Below are positions 48,401 through 56,979 of a stretch of 64,000 nt of DNA, piece by piece (position 1 is the stretch's first letter; the number at the start of each line of letters is the position of its first letter). Both the position numbers and the translations under genes were made by a program. Below the pieces are notes generated by a model, which saw only the letters and a list, made by a program, of their open reading frames with translations, was not told the origin of the DNA and searched no databases. This DNA is from Terriglobia bacterium. Lineage in GTDB: Bacteria > Acidobacteriota > Terriglobia > JAJPHL01. The stretch lies in contig JAJPHL010000031.1 in NCBI GenBank assembly GCA_021325275.1, positions 5,096 to 69,095 of the forward strand. The letters are read 5' to 3'.

Positions 48401-49138
48401 ACCTCCCGGCGTTCCGGTTAACGTTGTCGATGTTGGCGACAACTGGAAAGCCGGCGTGGTGACGTTCAGTTGCACGGGAATTACAGTGTCGTTGTTCATT
48501 CCGCCGGTGAAAAACGCGCCGCCGGCAAGCGTGATCGTGCCTGTGTAGGTTCCGACGGCCAGCGTGGCGACCGTCGCCGACACGGTAAGCGTCCCAGTCG
48601 AGCCGGGCGTACTGGAGCTGGATGCAGGCGACACGCTGAGCCAGGCGCCGCCGGTAGTCGTGTTGACCGTGGCGCTCCAATTCACATTCGTGGTTCCACC
48701 GCTCGCGAAAGAAAGCTGCAATGTCTGCGACGCCGGGTTGCTTCCACCAAGGTTCGCCGTGAACGTAACCTGCTTCGGCGCCACGTTGAACTGCACAGCT
48801 TGCGCGTACTGGCGCGGGTCGCCGGCGAACGTCACGTTCACCGTAGACGAATACGCGCCCGCGGCGAGCGATCCGGTGGTGACGGACACGACGATGGTCC
48901 CGTTGCCGGCGCCACTGGTTGTCGAGATGCTGATCCACGGCGCGCCGTCGGTCTGGGCGGTCCATGCACCAGACGCCGAGAACGGCGACACCGCGAAGTT
49001 TTGCGCGGCCGGATTCGCTCCGCCCACCACGGCGAGAAAACTCATGCCGTTCGGCGTAACACTGTTGTCGGCGAACGCCGAGACGGAAAGAAGAAGAATA
49101 AATGCCGCACACACCCCGACACGCTGGAAACATTTCAT
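45464..49138 (-). CDS. Secreted multi-BACON/Ig repeat protein with TIGR03437-type C-terminal domain
   Basis: Signal peptide; repeated GG.WLSV.P.SG units; VNGASF..SPGAIVSLFG..GLVGLYQVN. Confidence 0.88.
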   Translation of the reverse strand: MKCFQRVGVCAAFILLLSVSAFADNSVTPNGMSFLAVVGGANPAAQNFAVSPFSASGAWTAQTDGAPWISISTTSGAGNGTIVVSVTTGSLAAGAYSSTVNVTFAGDPRQYAQAVQFNVAPKQVTFTANLGGSNPASQTLQLSFASGGTTNVNWSATVNTTTGGAWLSVSPASSSSTPGSTGTLTVSATVATLAVGTYTGTITLAGGAFFTGGMNNDTVIPVQLNVTTPAFQLSPTSTTLTGTPGGPVVQSQPVAVTASQAWVATVTATTGGSWLSTTPTSGNGNGSFTVNADPSKLQASSTPYTGTISIGPSAQNSTAVPVTFGVTFLVSGSAITVAPTQLAFNVTAGNTVKTMQTVAVTTTLQWTPTVRSTSGGNWLSVQTAAPSPTTGNGSFTVVVDPSQITGGPGQYTATLSVAPPTGTGVTIPVTLTAGAATISVTPTTLSFQQVQAATPAAAKTVMLSATPAVGSWSVATTNMPSWLSVSPNSGSFGQTASIYPNASSMSLGPGSYQTTVTFADSNGSPTSLAVQVVLTVTAPTGAPVLAVLPTTIIVTGGVATTPLPVYVQISNNGGGTLNWQATLSVVFLLNGQSTPLSQGSGTATPGSPSIINLRLPNLPGGLYAGNLTFTAGTQTQTVPIIFQESNIVYRVPETGFSFYMTAGGTPPPPQTLYIQNPLSSSQIFTIAQERGQVQETITSPVPIAAGNAGSATITVPASASSLAAGEYDSTFVISEQNAPSTEVLVQLHVLPPTAPPGPSAYPLGFALTPTVLTQSVQLSAANASSLPFTLSVSTLSGGNWLTATSTSTQLGATGATVNVAASASSLPTTPGVYQGTVTVSYPTIPSSQDITVFLVIPKNSGTHPEITRGASGLTCTPAQMIMALRGLGSNFNSTVGYPVNLEAQLIDDCGNPITSATVIAGFSTGDPALSLSLIGTGIYGATWTPLSANPATVTITGINAGFTTVTGIVPGTVGANATPPPVISANGFVNGASFTQNGQVSPGAIVSLFGSNLATGNNGNSGFPLPTTLGGIKVTMGGVDTPLFFAGNGQVNAQVPTTLTPNSQISVQARGFSGNTEMLDSVPASLFVQATTPGIFLAPETNLPNQGAILNNPGLQVIDASHPATAGDVITIYCTGLGATNPSVPTGLAAPSTQPLALVTSPVTVTFGTQTTPVIPQFVGLTPGLVGLYQVNVAVPAGLQASNAVTVVLNQNGLTSNAATIAVH

Positions 49139-49185
49139 GGTTGAGCCCCTGCCTCCGCGCCCCATCATACAGCAGGGGTCCGAAA

Positions 49186-50226
49186 TCAGTTCCTGGTTTT
49201 TTCTTGCGACAACAGCGCTTCCTTGCGGCGTAATCCCCAGCGATAGCCCGCCAAGTTTCCGTCCGCGCGCACCACGCGATGGCACGGCACGACCACCGAC
49301 ACGGGATTTCCGGCGCACGCGCGCGCCACGGCGCGCACCGCCGCAGGCTTGCCGATACTGCGCGCCACTTGGGTGTACGTCTGAGTCGTCCCGCGTGGAA
49401 TGCGCTGCAACTCGCGCCACACTTGCATCTGAAACGCGGTCGCCGCGAGGTCGAGAGGCAGATCGAGCTGCGTGTGTCGCCCGCGCAGGTATTCAACGAT
49501 CGCTCGGGCCCACGCGTTGTTCGCAGCGCGGCGAATTTCGGCGCGCGGATACTCGCGGCGCAACTCCGCTTCCAGCGATTTGGCGGCGACCCCCAAGTAC
49601 ACGGCGGAGACGCCACGTTCGGTGAATCCCACCAGCACGCGGCCCAGCTTGGAATCGGGCGGCGCGTCGGCGATCACGTAGTCGATGTGCATTCCTTCGC
49701 CGCCGCGGCCATACACCGCGGGCGTCATGCCGAGTCGCGCAGAGGCCCTTTCGTATAACCGGCTAGAAGACCCGTAGCCTGCTTCATACGTCGCGCCGGC
49801 GATGTCGCGGCCGCCGCGCAAATGCTTCTTCCACTGTCCCAGCCGGCGCGCCTCCGCATACTCGCGCGGACTCACGCCGATGGCGCGTTTGAAAACGCGC
49901 TGCAAGTGAAATGGACTCTTCCCGAAGACTTTCGCTAACGCGGCCAGCGTGATGCGCGTTTCGTCTTCCAAGTGTTTGTCGATGTAAGCGGCCATCTGCC
50001 GCGCGGACTCCTCGCGGCGGCCCCCGCATCGCAGGCAGGCGCGAAATCCGCGGCGCTCGGCCGCCCCGGGTTCCGCGAAAAACTGCACGCTCTCTCGCAG
50101 CGGACGCCGCGACGGACACGACGGCCGGCAATACACACCAGTGGTCTGCACGGCGTAAACGAATTGACCATCAAAACGCGCGTCCCGTTGGGTCACGGCG
50201 CGCCAGAAACGCGATTCTCGATTCAC
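49186..50226 (-). CDS. ada: Bifunctional transcriptional activator/O6-methylguanine-DNA methyltransferase Ada
   Basis: CRPSC..CLRC zinc site, AraC HTH, PCHRV active site; RBS AAGGAG. Confidence 0.95.
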   Translation of the reverse strand: MNRESRFWRAVTQRDARFDGQFVYAVQTTGVYCRPSCPSRRPLRESVQFFAEPGAAERRGFRACLRCGGRREESARQMAAYIDKHLEDETRITLAALAKVFGKSPFHLQRVFKRAIGVSPREYAEARRLGQWKKHLRGGRDIAGATYEAGYGSSSRLYERASARLGMTPAVYGRGGEGMHIDYVIADAPPDSKLGRVLVGFTERGVSAVYLGVAAKSLEAELRREYPRAEIRRAANNAWARAIVEYLRGRHTQLDLPLDLAATAFQMQVWRELQRIPRGTTQTYTQVARSIGKPAAVRAVARACAGNPVSVVVPCHRVVRADGNLAGYRWGLRRKEALLSQEKTRN

Positions 50227-50289
50227 AGGCGTTCTCCTTAGTAATTTTACGCTCGAATGCCATTATGAAACCCCCATGAACTCGCGCTC

Positions 50290-50322
50290 TATCCGAAGAT
50301 TGCGGTCAAATTCGGATATCAT
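50290..50322. promoter_or_regulatory. Inverted repeat in the ada/sthA divergent promoter
   Basis: TATCCGAA-N13-TTCGGATA overlapping a TATCAT -10 candidate. Confidence 0.4.
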
Positions 50323-50331
50323 TTAGTCGCT

Positions 50332-51717
50332 ATGGCCGAATTCGACATGGTGGTGATTGGCTCGGGACCCGCCGGACAAAAAGCCGCGATCGCCGCCGCC
50401 AAACTCGGAAAACGCGTGGTGGTGGTCGAGAAAACCGAGATGGTCGGCGGCACGTGTATTTCGCAAGGCACCATCCCGAGTAAAACTCTCAGGGAAGCGG
50501 TGCTGTATTTGGCCGGAATCCGCCAGCGCGAGATTTACGGGGCTTCCTATCGCGTGAAAGACAAGATCACCATGGCCGATCTGATGCTGCGCACCGGCCT
50601 GGTGATCCGCAACGAGATCGAAGTGGTGCGCAACCAGCTCAATCGCAACGACGTGGAGATGGTTTCCGGCGCCGCCAGCTTCATCGATCAGCACCGCATC
50701 ATGGTCACGTGCAACGACAGCATGCGCATGCTGGAAGCGGACAAGATCGTGATCTGCGTGGGCACGTATCCGGCGCAACCGCCGGGAATCGAATTCAACG
50801 CCACCACGATTCTCAACAGCGACGACTTGCTGAAGATCAAGGTGCTGCCCAAGAACCTCACGATCGTCGGCGCGGGTATCATCGGCACCGAGTACGCCAC
50901 GATGTTCCAGGTGCTGGGCGTCCGTGTCACGCTGATCGATGGACGCCAGCGCCCGCTCGAATTCCTCGATCACGAAATCGAAGACGGCTTGATGTACCAC
51001 ATGCGCGACGAAGGCATCGTGATGCGTTTCGGCGAGCGCGTCTCGAACATTGAAGCCACGCCCGAGGGCCGCGTGAAGCTGCACACGGAATCGGGCAAAG
51101 AAATGGGCGCGGACTTCGTGATGTTCGCGGCCGGGCGTCAAGGCAATACCGATGGATTGAACTTGGCCGCCGCCGGACTGCAAGCCGACGATCGCGGCCG
51201 GCTCCCGGTGAACGAGAATTACCAGACGGCCGTGGAAAACATTTACGCCGCGGGCGACGTGATCGGATTCCCGATGCTCGCCGCGACGTCGATGGAGCAA
51301 GGGCGCAAAGCGGCGAGTCACGCGTTTGGCGCTCCGGTGTGCCACATGACCGAGACGCTACCCTTCGGCGTCTACACGGTGCCGGAGATTTCCTACGTGG
51401 GTCCGACGGAACAGAAACTCACCGAACAAAAGATCCCGTTCGAAACGGGACTGGCGCGTTACCGCGAATTGGCGCGCGGACAAATCATCGGCGACGTTCG
51501 CGGAATGCTTAAGATCATCATTCACCGCGAGTCGCACAAGGTGCTGGCGGTGCACATCATGGGCGAAGGCGCCACGGAACTGGTACACATCGGCCAAGCC
51601 GTGATGGCGCTGGGCGGAACGGCCGAGTATTTCCGCGACGCGGTGTTCAATTACCCGACGCTCGCGGAGGCGTATAAGGTCGCGGCGCTGAATGGCTTGA
51701 ATAAGCTGTTGTCGTAA
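50332..51717 (+). CDS. sthA: Soluble (Si-specific) pyridine nucleotide transhydrogenase
   Basis: GSGPAG, GGTC..GTIPSKTLRE with a single Cys, SMEQGR, VFNYPTLAEAYKVAALNG. Confidence 0.92.
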   Translation: MAEFDMVVIGSGPAGQKAAIAAAKLGKRVVVVEKTEMVGGTCISQGTIPSKTLREAVLYLAGIRQREIYGASYRVKDKITMADLMLRTGLVIRNEIEVVRNQLNRNDVEMVSGAASFIDQHRIMVTCNDSMRMLEADKIVICVGTYPAQPPGIEFNATTILNSDDLLKIKVLPKNLTIVGAGIIGTEYATMFQVLGVRVTLIDGRQRPLEFLDHEIEDGLMYHMRDEGIVMRFGERVSNIEATPEGRVKLHTESGKEMGADFVMFAAGRQGNTDGLNLAAAGLQADDRGRLPVNENYQTAVENIYAAGDVIGFPMLAATSMEQGRKAASHAFGAPVCHMTETLPFGVYTVPEISYVGPTEQKLTEQKIPFETGLARYRELARGQIIGDVRGMLKIIIHRESHKVLAVHIMGEGATELVHIGQAVMALGGTAEYFRDAVFNYPTLAEAYKVAALNGLNKLLS

Positions 51718-51773
51718 CCTCCGCATGATTGTTTGGTAATCTATAGTTGCCTCGCGAAAGGAGGACACCGGTT

Positions 51774-52004
51774 ATGGCGCATGTTCTCGAAGTTCCCGTT
51801 CCTGATGATCTCCTGGCAATCCTCGACGTCCGAGCAAACGGCGCCGGAGTCAAACGGGAGGACTACATTTCGAATCTCCTGCGGCGGGATCTCGGCGGAC
51901 CGAGACCGCTGGACGAGATCCTAGCTCCTTTTCGCGAGCAGGTTCGGGCATCCGGAATTAGCGACGACGAACTAGTTCGCCTCTTTCAAGCGGCCCGCAA
52001 ATAG
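51774..52004 (+). CDS. Putative antitoxin
   Basis: RHH-like N-terminus; LDEILAPFR..SGISDDEL; RBS AGGAGG; upstream of a PIN toxin. Confidence 0.75.
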   Translation: MAHVLEVPVPDDLLAILDVRANGAGVKREDYISNLLRRDLGGPRPLDEILAPFREQVRASGISDDELVRLFQAARK

Positions 52005-52023
52005 CTTGGAAGACAACCCCGCG

Positions 52024-52515
52024 ATGTCCGGCGATTCACGCCCTAGCGCGGTATTCGATTGCATGGTTTTCCTTCAGGGTGCCGCGCGAAAGGACAGCCC
52101 CGCCGGAATTTGTATCGGCTTGGCCAACACCGGCGCCATCCGACTTTTTCTCAGCGACGAGATTCTGACGGAAATACGCGATGTGCTGGCGCGACCGGTG
52201 CTGCAGCGAAAATTTCCTGCGTTGACCGCCGGCTTTGTGGACGAGCTATTGACCGGGCTAAAGGCGTCCTCGACATACATCGCAGAGGTTCCTCGGGCTT
52301 TCCAGTACCCTCGCGACCCGAAAGATGAACCGTACCTAAATTTGGCTTTGGCGGCTCGCGCGGACTACCTCGTAACCCGAGACGCCGATCTTCTCGACCT
52401 CGCCGATCCCAAGAGCCCGGAAGGCGCTCGATTGCATCGCCTCGACCATCAGATTGCGATCGTCGACCCGGTGCAATTCCTGCGTGAAATCTATTCCAAA
52501 ACGTACTTCACGTAG
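52024..52515 (+). CDS. PIN-family toxin (TIGR00305/PIN_3 type)
   Basis: AVFDCMV..RDPKDEPYL.LA..ADYLVTRD.DLL. Confidence 0.85.
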   Translation: MSGDSRPSAVFDCMVFLQGAARKDSPAGICIGLANTGAIRLFLSDEILTEIRDVLARPVLQRKFPALTAGFVDELLTGLKASSTYIAEVPRAFQYPRDPKDEPYLNLALAARADYLVTRDADLLDLADPKSPEGARLHRLDHQIAIVDPVQFLREIYSKTYFT

Positions 52516-53942
52516 AATGGCCACACTTGCGTCGCGTCCGCGTGGACCTCGGCGAACATTCCCGCGGTGTCGAACTTGCGCCAGCTCATTCCTTCCGAAT
52601 ACGTGCACCCGGAGAGATGGCCGTAGTGCATCCGGTCGGGACAAATGCGGCAGCCGTAGCGGAATTTACAATCGGGCATCGACCATCCCATGCGCTCGTT
52701 CATGATTTCGACAAGCGGCGCGACGTTCTGCACGTTGTTGCGCGGAACTCCGCCGCCAATCGTGAAAATCCCCGCGCGCTTGTGCGTGGTCGCGAGATCC
52801 ACAAGTAGCCGCGTGTCCAACTCCATGTCCATCACAAGCTGCCGGCGCCCGTCGCGCTCGCGCTTGCGATTGTGGACGTGAACGTCGTTGCCGATTTCCG
52901 AGTCCACGAACGCCGGCACCATCACCGGCACGTTTTTCTGGAAGGCCGATTTCAGAATGCCGCGATCGTTGGGATGTTTCCGCGCCAAGTCCTCGCCGAT
53001 CATGCGATTCAAAATCACGGGACTAAACGGTTGGCCCGCTTCAAAGCCGTTCAGCAAATCGTCGAGCACGCCTTCGATGTGATCGAGATTCGATTCCGGC
53101 TCAAGCGTGTCGGTTACGCGATTCAGGCGCGCCGCGGCAAGCTCCGCGTCGCCCTTGGAGGGATCGTACTTGTAATGCTTCAAGCCCACGCTCTCGACGA
53201 GGCCGTGCGCCATCAGCGCGCCCGTCGAGGCCAGCGCTTGCACCATGCCGTGATCGATCATGTCGCAGATCACCAAGCCCATTTTCGCGATGGTCATCGC
53301 GCCCGACATGGTGAAGAAGACGAAGCAGTCTTTGTCTTCCACCATCGCCTTGAAAGTCTTCGCGCCTTGCGCGACTTCCGCGGCGAGCCCGCCATACTGT
53401 TCGAGATCGGAGATCAGCCCCGCGACTTTGCTGAGTTTCCCTCCGCCCAAGCGATCTTCCAACACGCGATTCAGCACCGGCATCACGAAGCGCGGATCGG
53501 AAAACACCGCGCCGGGATACCAACCGTCGCGCACTTGCCCCGGCTTCGCGAGATCGTAGGCGTTGATGTAGATCGCGTCCTCGGGACGCTCGAACAACGC
53601 TTGCTCGTCGCGCTCGGAAAATCCGCCGACGACCAGAAGCCGTCCACCAGGCGCAATCGTGCGCGCGTATTCGCCGGGCGTCATCATGCCCAAGAGCCAT
53701 TTGCGGCGGATCATCGATTGCAGCAGTTGACCGAGCGGCGTGTCGGACTTTCCGTCGTAGATGCAGAGCGGCGGGCGTCCGCTGGCGATCCATTCGGTGA
53801 GCGTCGCGGCGACTTCGCCCAGCATGCGCGCACCGAACGAACAGCGCGACATCGCGCCGACAATGTCGGACACCGACGAGCACTTCGAAAGATCTAGAAG
53901 TTCGAGTGGTTCCAGTTTGAGTTGTTTCACGGGTTCCGGCAC
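52491..53942 (-). CDS. Deoxyhypusine synthase-family protein (possible homospermidine synthase) with N-terminal duplication
   Basis: SGAMT, STGA, DSEIG, IGGGVPRN, HLSGCTYSEGMSWRK, ADAT. Confidence 0.88.
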   Translation of the reverse strand: MPEPVKQLKLEPLELLDLSKCSSVSDIVGAMSRCSFGARMLGEVAATLTEWIASGRPPLCIYDGKSDTPLGQLLQSMIRRKWLLGMMTPGEYARTIAPGGRLLVVGGFSERDEQALFERPEDAIYINAYDLAKPGQVRDGWYPGAVFSDPRFVMPVLNRVLEDRLGGGKLSKVAGLISDLEQYGGLAAEVAQGAKTFKAMVEDKDCFVFFTMSGAMTIAKMGLVICDMIDHGMVQALASTGALMAHGLVESVGLKHYKYDPSKGDAELAAARLNRVTDTLEPESNLDHIEGVLDDLLNGFEAGQPFSPVILNRMIGEDLARKHPNDRGILKSAFQKNVPVMVPAFVDSEIGNDVHVHNRKRERDGRRQLVMDMELDTRLLVDLATTHKRAGIFTIGGGVPRNNVQNVAPLVEIMNERMGWSMPDCKFRYGCRICPDRMHYGHLSGCTYSEGMSWRKFDTAGMFAEVHADATQVWPFYVKYVLE

Positions 53943-53947
53943 GATTG

Positions 53948-56164
53948 CTATTCGGGAGGATCGTTCGTGTTGGCGCCGGCGACCGAATCCGCCGCTTCGG
54001 GTTTGGGGGCTTCTTTGTTTAAAGGCGCCGAACCTTCGGGAGCGCGCGCCGCCGCGCGCAACGGGACGCCTCCGGGCGGCGTGCGCAGTCCACCGGGAAG
54101 GTCTGCGAACTCCTCCAACAACTCTCCCGCGCCCGGACTGATCGCGGCCATCTCCGCTTCCGAGAGCGCCAACGCCACGCCGTCACTCGGCGTGACTTCG
54201 GTGAGTTCCGCGCCGAGAAACGCACGGCAGCGGGAGCTGTCGGGTGAAACCACCGTCATGGTTTGCCCTTGCAGCGCGGGATGCGCGACTCCGCGGAGCA
54301 GCAACATGCCGGCTTTTTCGAGAATCGTGATCCAGTCTTTGATGCGATCGAAGTCGCCTTCGCACAAACCGGCGCCCGCGCACTGCTGGATCAAAAACGA
54401 AATCGGCACCTGACCCGTGGGACGCGACAGTTCCACCGAGCGGCTCAAAAACTCGCGCGCCAAGTCGAGAATCTGCGCGACATCGGGAGATTCACCGAGA
54501 AAAACGCCGCTGGTCGGTTCGGCGCGCCGCGGATTCGGATACTCGCGCTTCACCAGCAATCCGCGCTCCAGCGCTTGACCGATGGCCATTCGCAAATCCT
54601 CGCGCGACACCGGGACGAGATCGCCGATGTGACGCAGCAACAACGACAGCGCCACCCATGGACGCTTCGGCGCACTCAACATGGTCGCCACGGTCAGGAC
54701 CAAAAGCGGCGTCGACACGCGCACCCAAACGGCTTCGGCCAATACCGCCTGGACCATCGGATGGTCGGGATTCATCTTCAAAATGTTGGCGGCTTGCACG
54801 TCGCGCGGCAGGCGCTCGTAGGTGGAAATCAGCGCGCCTCGCGACACGAACCAATCGAGCCAGCGATGCACTTCGTCGGCGTCGAGGTGCGGCGCCGCGC
54901 GCAAGATCGACGACACGATGAAGCTGCGCTTCGGCCGGAAACTATCGGTGGGATGCAGCGGCTTCACCAGCGCCGGTCCAAACAGGTTGTCGCGAACCTG
55001 GCGATAGTGCGTCACCACTTCGTGCGACGGATTCGGCAGCACGCGCAAACCTTCGCGGTCGCCGAGCCAAACTTTTTCTTCCTTCAGCACGCCGATTTGC
55101 AGCGCTTCGCCGAGATAGCGATTGCGCGACGCGTCGTCGGGACCACCCAGGCGGCTCTTCTCGAGGAAATCGAGAAACAAGCGCGGCGAAAGAAAATCCA
55201 GGCGCTGCGCGGAAAGAAATTCGTGAAACGTGGCGGTGAGCACTTGCAAATCGCTCAGCGCCGTTCCACCGCGCATCGATGGCGGAATCGCCAAGCCTTG
55301 CGACGGCGTGTAGCCCGGTGGAATCGCCAGTCCATGCGCAGGAGTGAATCCTTGCGAGGCGATCCCATGTGACGGTGTATACGGCGCCGACGTGTACGGC
55401 GCCGGCATGCCGTGCGAAGGCGTCACCGGTACACCATGCGGAGGCGTGTATCCGGTGCGCGGCGGCGGGCTGGGCAGCGGCGTGGGAACCGCTGTCGAGT
55501 AGTCGGAGGATCCGCGGCCGAGCGAACCCAAACTGGTGCCGAACGCCGGCGTCACACCGCTGGCCGACGACGAGCCCGTGTACGGACGCAGCGACTTGTG
55601 TCCCGTGGCGGCGGCCAATTTCACCGCGGCGAAATCCACCAGACGGTCGACGTATCCAACGTTCAGCGCCAAGCCGGCAAATCCTTCCATCAAGCGGCTG
55701 GTGTGTCCGCTGACGCCCCACACATGCACTTGCTTTTGCTTTTTCAACAGGTCGGAGACCAACTGAAAGTAGCCGCCGTCGCCGGTGACCAACACGTACA
55801 TCTCCATGTCGTTGTAGCGCGGGTCGCTCAACGATTCATTCACAAGCGTCTGAAGAAACGTGTCGGCGGAGTTTCGTCCGGAAAGGTTGTAGCGAGGATC
55901 GATGCCGCACTGCGCGTAAATTCCGGGATGATGGAAAAAATCGAATTGCGAAAAGTTCGCCACGGCAAACGCCACGCGCAACGGTCCGATTCTTTCTACT
56001 TCCCGGCGCAGGCCGGTGGCCAGAGTGGCGGCGAGGGACTGGTTTTGCTGCTGGTACGCAGCCTTGGCGGCTGCGTCGCCGCGGTCGGGCGCGCGTAGAC
56101 CCAGCATCTCTTTTAGACCGATGAAAATGTTCTCATGGTCTACAAAGAGGGCCACCCCTGGCAT
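53948..56164 (-). CDS. NYN (LabA/DUF88) domain protein with T-P-rich linker and tandem wHTH-like repeats
   Basis: LFVDHENI, NSAD, LVTGDGGY, TS..M motifs; start may be GTG 56173. Confidence 0.8.
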   Translation of the reverse strand: MPGVALFVDHENIFIGLKEMLGLRAPDRGDAAAKAAYQQQNQSLAATLATGLRREVERIGPLRVAFAVANFSQFDFFHHPGIYAQCGIDPRYNLSGRNSADTFLQTLVNESLSDPRYNDMEMYVLVTGDGGYFQLVSDLLKKQKQVHVWGVSGHTSRLMEGFAGLALNVGYVDRLVDFAAVKLAAATGHKSLRPYTGSSSASGVTPAFGTSLGSLGRGSSDYSTAVPTPLPSPPPRTGYTPPHGVPVTPSHGMPAPYTSAPYTPSHGIASQGFTPAHGLAIPPGYTPSQGLAIPPSMRGGTALSDLQVLTATFHEFLSAQRLDFLSPRLFLDFLEKSRLGGPDDASRNRYLGEALQIGVLKEEKVWLGDREGLRVLPNPSHEVVTHYRQVRDNLFGPALVKPLHPTDSFRPKRSFIVSSILRAAPHLDADEVHRWLDWFVSRGALISTYERLPRDVQAANILKMNPDHPMVQAVLAEAVWVRVSTPLLVLTVATMLSAPKRPWVALSLLLRHIGDLVPVSREDLRMAIGQALERGLLVKREYPNPRRAEPTSGVFLGESPDVAQILDLAREFLSRSVELSRPTGQVPISFLIQQCAGAGLCEGDFDRIKDWITILEKAGMLLLRGVAHPALQGQTMTVVSPDSSRCRAFLGAELTEVTPSDGVALALSEAEMAAISPGAGELLEEFADLPGGLRTPPGGVPLRAAARAPEGSAPLNKEAPKPEAADSVAGANTNDPPE

Positions 56165-56394
56165 GGGAGACACCTTTCCGAACCGCTAGGCAAGACACTG
56201 TGCAAAAAAGTGGGGCTACTCTCCCAAACGCAACCGATAGTTCTAAAAGCAAGCGGCAACGTCCGAGACTTTCAAATTAGCTTGCCGAGCCGTCCTTTTA
56301 CGCAATCTTTAGACGAGCCTATGGTACTCCTAAAACTGCTGCACACGCAAGCAGATTTGGGCTGGATCTTGTAGTACTAAAGGGGGGCCAATCG

Positions 56395-56979
56395 CTACAA
56401 AACTTGGTAGTATCTTTCCCCCGCGCAGGACCGGCATAGGGTCCGGCCGTCGCGCACCACTTCTCTCTTGAAACTGACGCCCTCTCCGCAGTTTTGGCAG
56501 ACCACGCGCACCGGCGGCTTATATCCCGGAAAATCCTCGGGAGGAATTTCGATTTTGACCCACGAAAATTCGAAAAGGTCTTGGTCGGACATTTCGCGGT
56601 ACGCGGCCATTTGTTGTTCGTTCTTATTCGTGAGATGCGGAAAAAGTTCGCGGGCCCGATCTTTCGATGATTCCTTCGCGGAGACGCGAAGCGAACGTCC
56701 CGAAGTCAGGTCACAAAATGTGGCGGCCATCTTTCCGAAGTCGCGAAACTTCAGCGCGCGCTTGCCCAAGCGGCATCCGGTGACGAGACTCACGGCGTCG
56801 GTGGCACAGCGGTCGATTTCGACAAACGTGACCAGACGCTTGCGGTCCGCGCCGCGCGGATCGGAAATTCCCAGGCGTTCGAGCGCGGCCATCGCCAATC
56901 GCACGCCGAGAATTTGACCGGCGCACAAGTGTCCGTGCGAGACCGCGGCGTCTTCGAGGTATTCCGCGAGTGTCTTCAT
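56395..56979 (-). CDS. FmdE family protein with C-terminal zinc finger
   Basis: HGHLCAG..G, EIDRCATDA..GC.LG, CQNCGE..CRSC. Confidence 0.9.
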   Translation of the reverse strand: MKTLAEYLEDAAVSHGHLCAGQILGVRLAMAALERLGISDPRGADRKRLVTFVEIDRCATDAVSLVTGCRLGKRALKFRDFGKMAATFCDLTSGRSLRVSAKESSKDRARELFPHLTNKNEQQMAAYREMSDQDLFEFSWVKIEIPPEDFPGYKPPVRVVCQNCGEGVSFKREVVRDGRTLCRSCAGERYYQVL

